DNA of 64,000 nucleotides from NCBI RefSeq assembly GCF_009914755.1, contig NC_060927.1; one strand, 5' to 3'. The stretch comes from the human T2T-CHM13v2.0 reference genome, Homo sapiens. The position numbers and the translations under genes are program-made. Below, one piece after another: positions 52,594-64,000 of the stretch. Numbering within the stretch: the first letter of the stretch is position 1; each line of letters begins with the position of its first letter. Under the pieces are notes generated by a model, which saw nothing but the letters and a program-made list of their open reading frames with translations, ran no database searches and was not told the origin of the DNA.

Positions 52594-53137
52594 TATACCT
52601 CTGGAGGGCTGAAATGTTTATTCATTAGTATTCTTCCTGTCTTGGAAATGTTTCTATTTGCTGTGGAATTTAAAACATATCCAGATGGAGGGAAGTTTAT
52701 ATATAACACCCATTTTCAGTGTTGTCATATAGCATGTCCAAGTGTATATAGTTCCAACTACATAACAGGGCTTAGTCTGAAGTAAATTCTAGTATGATTT
52801 TCAAATACAGTAGCAACATACAATATCTGATGCCACTCAGGAGGCAAGTGTGGATTAATAAAAGTAGAGTCTGAGATTTCTGGAAAACAATTCTTCAGTT
52901 AGAGGACAACAGAATCATGTAAAAGTGGAAAAGAATCATCATATGTTATAACCTTAGTACCAGTATTTATTGTTTTCAGATTTCTAAAAATAAGGCTTGT
53001 GGATCTTCCTTTTGTTTGATGTAGGCTCATTGAACCAATGTTACCAGTAATGTACCCAAAGTCAAAAAGAGGTTTATGTAGCTTGCATCTTCTGTTTTTC
53101 TATATACTGGAACATCCAGTAAATTTCTCTCTCTCTC

Positions 53138-53271
53138 TTTTTTTTTTTTTAATAGAGATGGGGATCTCGCTTTGTTGACCAGACTGGTCTTTAACTCCTG
53201 GCCTCAAGCAGTCCTTCCATCTTGGCCTCCCAATGTTCTGGGATTACAGGGGTAAGCCATTGTGCCTGGCC
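53138..53271 (-). mobile_element. FLAM-C / free left Alu monomer
   Basis: Single monomer tagagatggggatctcgc...ctcctggcctcaagcagtcc...tgtgcctggcc with T-tail; degenerate TSD agtaaatttctct / agtaaacttttct. Confidence 0.9.
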
Positions 53272-53284
53272 AAGTAAACTTTTC

Positions 53285-53662
53285 TTTAAGAAGAAGTGTA
53301 TTCTTTAATTGGCTCTAGTGATTGTGGGGGCTGGTTAAAAGTGAAATCTGCAGAGTGGGCTGGCAGGCTAAAGAATAAGGGAAGAGGTGATGTTTCAACT
53401 CAAGTCAGAAGGCAGTCTGCAGGCAGAATATCCTTTTCCTCTGGAAAAAGAAAAATTGAGTCTTTTTTCCCCGTCTTAAAATCTTCAACTTATTAGATGA
53501 GGTCAACCCATATTACAGAAGGTAAGTACTTTACTCAATGTCTACTAATTTAAAAGTTAATCTCGTCTAAAAAATAACTTCACAGCAACATCTAGACTTG
53601 TTTTGACCAAATATGTGCGTACTATGGCCTAGCCAAGTAGTCATATAAAATTAACTATCACA
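53285..53662 (-). mobile_element. MLT2D-like ERVL LTR
   Basis: tgaaatctgcagagtgggctggcaggct...gaaggcagtctgcaggcagaat...ggcctagccaagtagtcatataaaattaactatcaca terminus. Confidence 0.85.
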
Positions 53663-54399
53663 CTCTTCTATATATTAGCCTCATTAAACTAAAGATTTGA
53701 AATGTACAGTTGACCTTTTCTAAAATGAAGATTCATAGAGAAGTCCTTTGTTTTTATATAACCTGATAAAAATTGGACAGCCTTAATATGAGTGTCCTGT
53801 TCCACAGAAACATGTATTCAATAACAATGAAAGAAAATCACTGAGAAAACATTTACTAATATCACTGGCAAAGGGAAACATTACATTCAAAACACATAGC
53901 AATGGTTTTAAATATAATCTCTCAATCCTTTTTCATCTCCCACAATACAATAGCTACCCACAATGTCTGGTTTTTAGGTTCTAGGCTCATGTATTTAAAA
54001 GCCTCAAAACTCAACTTTCATTGGCTTTCCCCCACCCTTTTTCGTTTTTCCATTGTTTCACTTCTCCAGAAGTAATCTTTGCTCCCCCAATTATGTCTTT
54101 AGCATTTATAATTTGTCCTCTTTGCCTTTTCCAGTCCCCTGCTTCACCCATTACCTGGGCCAGCGTATGAAAATTTGGGAAACCAGCTGGTACATACAGA
54201 AAAGGCAGGGAAATGGTAGTAGGTTTTTAACACTCACATTTTAACTTTTTTAAAATCCTATTTTTAACAGGATTTCAAAAAATTCCCCTGGTATTATTGT
54301 TACTTTTGGGAGGGGATTTTTCCACAGGTGCATATCTTTCAAATTGTACCAAAAGCAACCCAACCCACTACTCTTTCATCTACCATCCACTTCTGTTCA

Positions 54400-55200
54400 C
54401 AGTCCATACAACAGCGAAAATATAGAGCTTCTTGCAATTCCCCAATACACCATGTATTTTCTGATTCCTATGTTTTGACCTACTATTTCTTAGGTCTTAC
54501 TTATCCCTTCTCTCTCATTTTGCTTTCATGACTATCCACACATAATTTAACACCTAGCTCAAATATCATTCTCTGAAGCCTTCACCAGCCAAGTTTCTTT
54601 CTCCTCTCTGGTTCCATTTTGCTATACATACACCAAAAATAATGCTTTTCATATTACATTGGAACTATTGTTTTATGAGTCCATTCTAATCAAACAGAAT
54701 TACTTAAGGACTAAAACCTTATTTTGTACATCTCTGCATCCACAATTTCATTAATCAAGACTTTTAGCTACAAGAGATAGAAATCAAATTCTAATTTAGG
54801 CATAAAAGGAAAATTACTAGTTTACTAACTGATACATTCTGGATTATGTAAACTCAGATTAGTCACTCCAAAAGAAAGCAAACCTTTTTTTCCCAAATGT
54901 CCCACGGATTAATTCCCCTATAAGTTATAGGCACATCTGTGAATTTATGTCAGGTACCACGATTAGCCCAGCCTAAGTCAAATGCCTATCACCACAGGCT
55001 CAGGAGACATTGGCATCATAATTATTACCCCAACGGGATCAAAAGTGAGGAAAGGGCGTGCTGATACCAAGAGAAATAGGAAAGATTACGATATGACAGG
55101 CAGCTAAAGACCAGGGCAACTACAGTTTGCTACTCTGGAACTTAGCACAACATGTGGTACTTGATAGGTGCTCAAAAAATATTAAATTAATAAACAAAGA
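54400..55200 (+). mobile_element. L2 3' region split by an MLT1 LTR
   Basis: tagctcaaatatca...ctctgaagccttc...catctctgcatcc | cttagcacaacatgtggtacttgataggtgctcaaaaaatatt. Confidence 0.65.
54747..55123 (-). mobile_element. MLT1J/K/L-like MaLR LTR
   Basis: attaatcaagacttttagctacaagagatagaaa...gattagcccagcctaagtcaaatgcctatc...caactaca. Confidence 0.65.
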
Positions 55201-56625
55201 GTAGTTGTTGTTCTTGGTTCTATAGCATTCTTAGGATCTAAAAACAACTTTACCAGCATATTGTATTTCTGAAGACAATTACCAACAATAATTAACCTCA
55301 GACACAGCATTAAATTCTGATACTTTATAAACCAACTGTTCCCCAAACATTTCCAACCTATGACTTTGGAAATGCAATGGTAACATCATGTAAAAAATAA
55401 TTGAGAAAGTTTACAAGTAATCAAAAATTCTCATCAAGGTTTAAACATACACACATATACCCACATTAATTTATATATTTATATTTATGCCCACAAATAT
55501 GCACACATTAATATTTATGCACACACATATATATATACACACATAACAAATGGTCATTCTCATATCAGAGAAATATATCCTAATATAGAGTCACCAAACT
55601 ATAAACTTGATAAAATCTGTTTTCCAATCAGACCTACAACTACATACTAAAAATGTTCTTATTTTATACACATTGCAAACATGTTTTATCAGGCAAAATG
55701 TAAGTTTAAAGGATAAGATCCCTCCTGTTTGGGATAGTTTAGGCACTGTTTTGTCTAAAGAGAAAGAACTAAGCATGATGAAGACAAAAGAACAATTAAA
55801 TAGTGGATAAGAGAGTAAAGGTAAGCTTTCGGGGCCCTTTTTCCACATGTCATATTTAAATCAGTCTTGCTTTATTGAAGGAGGTTGTCTTTGGTATCAA
55901 GTTACGAAAACATCTTTAAAGATGCAATTTTTATGTTTTAAAAATTATGATTAAAATGTCATTTACTTTGTTTTTCAAAACAAGCCATTAGCCTTAAAAT
56001 ATATTTTCTTTTTAAATAAAAACCCAGGATTGACCCATAATCATACAAATAAAAGCATAATCCTTCTCAATAACATTTTAGAGTCTTTCATTCTCTTTTC
56101 ATTCTACCTCTTATCCTTGCAGCTATTCTCAGCAGCAACAGAAATCCAGAAATAGTGTCGAGCAGATATTTTGTCCAAACTTGTCAAAAATAGGCAACAG
56201 ACACAGTTATATACAAATAAAGCCTTTACTGAGTCTGCGGGAGCCAAATGAACTATACAAGGTGTTAATTAATTTTGCATTTCTAACATTTCAATCATCA
56301 TTTCCTTGGAAGTGGACACCCACATGAAGAAAAGAAATGTAGCCACATGTAGCTATTATGTACAAAAAATATTCCTAATATACAAATGCAAACCTTTTCT
56401 TGGACAACATTTATATTTTCTATTAGCATCTGGCTCCTTTTTCAATAAAGTTCAGTATTTGTGACAGCCTTTCTTTCAGAAATGTGAAGGCTTCCTTGCC
56501 GTGAGCATTTCAAATGTTCAGAAATACCAACTGTGATTCAAATGATTTATAAGGTCATCACCCAAGAAAAGCCATGTACACTGAATTTTCTAGCTGCCAA
56601 ATAGAGGGAAAATATAAAGAGAGAT

Positions 56626-56657
56626 GTGTGTGTGCTTGAGTGTGTGCGTGTGTGTGT
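56626..56657 (+). repeat. Imperfect (TG)n microsatellite
   Basis: Seen directly. Confidence 0.85.
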
Positions 56658-56931
56658 TTGGGGAGGTAACTTCTAGATTGGATGGTGAGACAAAGCAGTA
56701 ATAAATAACAGAAGTGAAATGTAGAGTGTAAAAAAGCAGACCTTAGTTCCTAGATACTTTAGCCTTCCACAGCCGCCAGAATACTGACTTACACATAGTA
56801 GGTGCTCTATAATAATTTTTTTAGGGTATAAGCAAAGAGAGACTGAGTCTCTATGTAAAGTAAAATATCCATAACTAAAGACCCCCTTTAAAAAAGGACA
56901 ACTTGATCTACTTTATTCTTCATAATAAAAC

Positions 56932-57475
56932 CAACTGACATTTGCTTTGTGCTCACTATCAACTAGATAGTGGGACAGGTGCTTTCCGTGACTGATCTGA
57001 TTCGAACTTTAAAGTAATTCTATGTGGCATTTATTATTACTATGCTAATTTACAGATGAAGGAAGACAAGCGCAAAGCTCAGAGGAGCTCACAGCTGCTG
57101 TGCTTCCCTCCTGGAATCTTTTCCCCTAGCTCTAAACATGGCTGGTTCCTTCTCCTCCATCACGTCCCTGCCTAAATTCCACCTCCTCTCAGCCTTTGCT
57201 CATCACCCTTGCCCCACAGAGTCACACTCCATCTCACTTTTCTCACAGCACTTTACCAACACATTACCATCACTTTTAAATTAATTCATTTATTATTTTT
57301 CATTTATTCATGACCTAACTTGCTCATTAGTATAGTCATTCCATGAGAATGGTGCATAACAACAAGAAATGTACTAAACATATTTTTATAGGAATTAATA
57401 AATGTTTCAAATATCACAGGGCTAGTAAGAATGAAGAGGGAACTCTAACACACATACGTGACTCCAGATCTCAGT
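56932..57475 (-). mobile_element. MIR containing a nested + strand L2 fragment (~57087-57403)
   Basis: tttacagatgaagg...gctcagagg | tgctgtgcttccctcctggaatctttt...atggctggttccttctc | atcacagggctagtaag...tgactccagatc. Confidence 0.65.
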
Positions 57476-57504
57476 AGTCGAATCCTCAGCAATGTTCCTT
57501 ACTA

Positions 57505-59302
<1,798 letters not shown>

Positions 59303-60614
59303 AGCAAGCCTAGTTCCCAACCAAGGCCCTGTTTTATCCCAAGACATAACTTACTTGACTCAAAACAAGGAATAGAAATGAACTTATATAATGTTCTGAA
59401 AATTTTTTACTATTTAAGTCAAGAAAATATATGTATGCTTACTGCTTCAAATATTTCATAAAAAAACTCCTACACATTTCAATATTTCAAATAAAAACAG
59501 CTGTGATTGGACATCCTAGCTGTCAATGATCTAGATTTTGAAAGACTGTATCATATTAGCTCCAAACTTACAGAAGAATTTGGATGGAAGACAAATCTTT
59601 TAGCTAATTTCTATCTCTTAGATCTCTGAATGCATGTCTTGCTGCTTTCCAAAACCCCCAATTCATTAATTAGATCCTGGCAAATAAAAGGGAATTTCCC
59701 CTCATCTTGGCAGGTTTCTTTTAAAATGTTCTGATACAGAGGATGGAACTCATAATAGGATATTTTAGCCCACTAGTGGAAATGCATCTTGGAAATAATA
59801 ACGATTACAATCACCTAATATTTCACATGAGCTTCTTCATCTTTTCCTGGACTAGCTAGCACCCATTTGTCTTTCAATTAGAATCTTTATAAGATAACTT
59901 TATGTTTTAAACTTAGGTGCTTTATGTTATCAATTAAGTTATGAGTCATCTTTCTCACAAAACCATTTTTACCCTTGATCTCTATAAACACAACTGTAGC
60001 TAAATTAGCCTCTTTTATGTTTGCATAAAGAAAAGGATTCCAAGATCACAGTTTTTCTTCAGAATCACAGACAAAAATAGAAAAATTAACTCACATATAT
60101 AAAAACAAAGTTTATAGTTATAATTGATAAGAAATGAATGAGTTACTTTTCCTACCATACTCCCATGAAAAGAAGAGACAGGCATTTGGGATAGACAGTG
60201 CCAAAAAGAGAAAAAAGTAAACTCTAACTCATTACATCATCTTTCTCCACAGTTCCCAGGAAAAGGCACCTCCCAGCTCAGCACAAGGGAGTTTATTTGG
60301 ACCTAGGATTTGCTTTTCACATATCCCCAAAATCCTCAGTGTCAAATAATCTTAGGCACATGTGAAAATCAGTGACTTCATACTCCAGTCTGAGCTTCAT
60401 TTGAGATTTTTTAAAACAAGTAGTGAGGACAGACACTCTAGGATTCCAAAAGGCCTAGGGATCAGTCAAACAAAGTGATTCTGCTGTCCTTCATGGTTGC
60501 CTACCTGTAATTCCACCTGCCACCCCCGCTTCACAGCTTGTTCCTTGCTGACAGATCGCTGCCTAATGTGCCACACATCCAGTCTCAGGTGAGACAATGA
60601 CTGATCCCTGGCCT

Positions 60615-61015
60615 CCTAGCTTCTCTTACATTTGAGGGTGCCGAGAGAATGCAGCGTGAGCCAATGAGGCATAAACCAATATTTGCTTAAGGAAGTTGGT
60701 GACTTTTGTCTTCCTGAAGAGAGAGGTTGAGAATGATTGGATGTGTTTCCTCTTTCTTCTGTCAAGGTGGACAAAATATCTGGCACATCTTGTGATAAAG
60801 ATGCAGCAAACATATATATATATATATATATGATCAACAAAGTAAGGCAGCAGAACAAAAGAGGAGAAAGCAATCTGATCTCTGATGATAACTTGAGCAA
60901 CTGAACTGATACCAGAAAAATCTCACCTCTGGATGTTTTGTTTTATGAGCAGAATAAATGCCTACTTATGTCAGTCTTTCAGGTGGACTTTCTGTTATTG
61001 GAAACTAAACACATT
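60615..61015 (+). mobile_element. LTR33-like ERVL LTR containing a (TA)n tract
   Basis: The reverse strand reads gcatttattctgctcataaaacaaaacatccagaggt...ttcagttgctcaagttatcatcagagatc...ttatgcctcattggc, as in LTR33/MLT1-type elements. Confidence 0.6.
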
Positions 61016-62060
61016 CACAAGGGATGCACCTTTTTTATTGTTTTCTCACATTGGGCACATCGATTTTAGCACTCGGCTTGTTAGGTTTCTTTTTCTCCTT
61101 TTTCTTTTCAGCTGTCTGAGCAGATCTAGACTTTTTTTCCCAACCCAGTGGCCTGTGGAGAGTGGTACTGAGGATGGGTTCCACCAGCTTTAAGAGCTGT
61201 ACTGGTCCTTGTCCCTTTCTTCTCCTGGGACATTCTTGTCTGCAGTAAGGGGAGTCATAGCTCCCTACTTTATTTGAAGTGGGCTCACCGGTCAGGTCCC
61301 ACATTAAACCTCCAACCAGAATGACGTGGGGCTGGAAAATTCTTACAAAAAATTTGAAAATACATACTTCATTCTTTTCTGTAAGTAAAATATATCTTCC
61401 AGGAAAAGGGTACACACAAATATTGGTGTAGCTTATTAAAAACCCTAGTTAACAGAGCCATTATAAATTTATCTTTTTTCTAAGAGAGAAGAAAAATTAT
61501 CATGTATAAGTTTATAGTTTGAAGGCACCTCAAGCCTCTTAAGAGGAATTTGGCCAAAGAAGTAAAATCAACCTGTCCCTTAAGAAGACCAAAAAGGAGA
61601 GCCATGCCACTGGGGGAACTGGTTTAATTAAAACAAGAGGTAAAAAGCAATGTTCAGAGGTTCCAGGGAGTCTGGAGTTGTACAAAGCGAAGAGAGCAGT
61701 GCAGACGAGAATTGCAGTGGGAGAGAAGCAGCCTGGGGCATGATGCCTTCAAGTTAGGTTAGGGTGCAAGGCAGCTGGTACAGAGGCTTACACGAAGCCA
61801 GTTGAGACCCTGGGACTTTGAGAGCCTGTAGGTGATGTGCTCGGGGGCATAGGCAGAGGCCTGATGATAGATCGCTTCTCCTACACAGTAGAGTTGATGA
61901 AAGCCCTACGGGAAATCTTAAAAAGAAATATGATGTTTTCTCTTGTAACCCCCCAGTGCCTAGTATACGTGCAGTTAAGTGTGCTGATAAACATAAATGC
62001 TATGTCCTAGTTTTGTTTTTTCTCTCCAACCAGGTAAGTGCCTTAAGAATGAGAAGCATC

Positions 62061-62365
<305 letters not shown>

Positions 62366-62954
62366 TTATCCAGACAAGTGTCTCAAAAAGCTTCTTAATT
62401 TAATTTAATTCCTCATTCATTCATTTTAGCATTTACTACGTTTTTAACTATATAAATACAAGGAAGAAAATTGAAATGAACATGATCCCATCTAAATAAT
62501 CATGGGGAAAGTTCAAACAATAGGTACAAAATAAAATGACAAACTTTCCCACCTCCCCCACTCATTCTCACCAATGATAATAATGCCCAGACCACTTACC
62601 TCCCTCACCTAAAAAAGTATATATCTAGCCATGTTCTTTAATCTTTTCTAGAGAATGCCAGCTTGCTCCTCAGCTTTCTAAAGTATGTGCATATACCTTC
62701 CACAGTGACTCCAAACAAATATTCCAAGGTCTCATTGGACAAGACAACAATCCTAAATTCTCTAGGTCCTTGGAAATTTTATCAAATAAAATGATATTTA
62801 TTTGGAGGAGGTAAAATTTATTATGATCTTTAAATAATCGTAATTTCTATACTTACATCAGGAAAGACATGAGATGGGTACAGATTCGAACATATTTATT
62901 TCTTTAGCCATTCACTCAATCATCTTTATTTGGTTGCTCTGTGAATCTAGGATG

Positions 62955-63630
62955 TGAAAATCAATGGTCACTAACATCATAAAAAGAGAGACAACCAGGC
63001 ATTGTGCTACCTCCTGACAAAAGTACACAATACTGCCTATGAAGTAACCTTCCCAAGAAGTCAAACCTGAATCTAGTTAAGGTAATCTGAATCAGATCAC
63101 CAATTTAGAGAAAATATAAATGCTAAAGCAATACATTTAACACACCGCAGGAATACAATCAACAAAATCCAATCTGTTGGAAACACCATAAAGCAAATAA
63201 TTTGGTTTCTACAATAAATAAATTGATGGCAATAAAGAGATGAGTGAGAGTCTACATATTAAAAAGACACAAAATAATAGCAACAAATCCAATTCATGAA
63301 CTTGATTTTGAAGCAAACAAACTGTAAAATAAGTGAGACAAGGACATTAGAACATTGGCTATTACTTGATGATCTTTAAGAAAATGTTTAGTTGTAGTTA
63401 TGATTTTTCCCAAAGTGCTGCTTTTCCTTAGCAATACATACTGAAATACTTATATAAAATGATATGATGTCTGGAATTTGTTTCCAAACACTTCAAGGGG
63501 AAGGAGGAAGTAAATAGAATGAGATTGGTCATGAGTTATAAATAGTTAAAACTAAGTGACAGCTACATGGCAGTTAATACTATCCTATTTTTGTATATTT
63601 TTGAAATTTTCTACAATAAAAAGTTAAAAC
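62955..63630 (+). mobile_element. L1MC4a/L1MC5-like 3' UTR
   Basis: cctatgaagta...tcaaacctgaatct...caatcaacaaaatcca...atgatatgatgtctggaatttgtttcc...ttgaaattttctacaataaaaagtt. Confidence 0.8.
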
Positions 63631-63926
63631 AAAAGGAGCATACATAAACTATTGCACTGAAATAGTCACAGATCAAATAAAAATTGAAAGTTAAACTCTT
63701 AAAACAGTTATTTTGCTATAATATGCTATGTAGTTATTTTTTACCCCAAAGGTACCTTTTAGAACTTAGACCAACGAAGTTGGGTACAGTCTGTTTTTAA
63801 AAACTAAATAAATCTTTATAGACTTTATAAATCTTTATAGAATTTATTCTAGCTTTCCATACATTCTTTTTTTTTTCTCTCAGTTCACATTAGTGGGACA
63901 TTAGAAAGAGACAATCAAAAGAATTT

Positions 63927-64000
63927 GGGGGTGCGGTGGCTCACACCTGTAATCCCAGCACTTTGGGAGGCTGAGGCAGGTGGATCACAAGGTCAGGAAT
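63927..64000 (+). mobile_element. Alu 5' end, cut by the window boundary
   Basis: gggtgcggtggctcacacctgtaatcccagcactttgggaggctgaggcaggtggatcacaaggtcagga. Confidence 0.95.

Noticed and set aside
61035-61415. 126-aa minus-strand ORF with an NLS-like Lys run
   Set aside because: The Lys run is the reverse complement of a polypyrimidine tract; no recognisable domain or supporting gene structure.

Overview
AT-rich primate genomic DNA (Alu-bearing, most likely human or ape), apparently non-coding. I find no credible protein-coding gene, tRNA, rRNA or CRISPR array. The listed ORFs are short, low-complexity or repeat-derived; the longest, 41957-42544, is the dead C-terminus of L1 ORF2. Much of the window is interspersed repeat: 14 Alu/FLAM copies, many L1 fragments (L1PA, L1MA, L1MB, L1MC, L1ME, HAL1-like), L2, L3/CR1, MIR, LTRs (MER11, MLT1, MST, MLT2, LTR33-like) and DNA transposons (MER3, MER33, MER5, MER58, Tigger2a, MADE1). 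Family calls come from my recall of consensus sequences, not from a RepeatMasker run, and boundaries of old elements are approximate. L1s and Alus lie almost all on the + strand, suggesting an intron of a gene transcribed on the - strand; I could not identify that gene. Best observations: (1) a MER11 LTR followed by a PBS remnant and an inverted copy of its own U3 end; (2) a probable ancient L1 3' transduction of a MaLR LTR fragment; (3) two recursive-splice-site-like motifs; (4) a CpG-retaining candidate alternative promoter/first exon and several candidate non-coding exons; (5) several templated-insertion repair scars. Sequence alone does not support a new biological system here; these are hypotheses to test.
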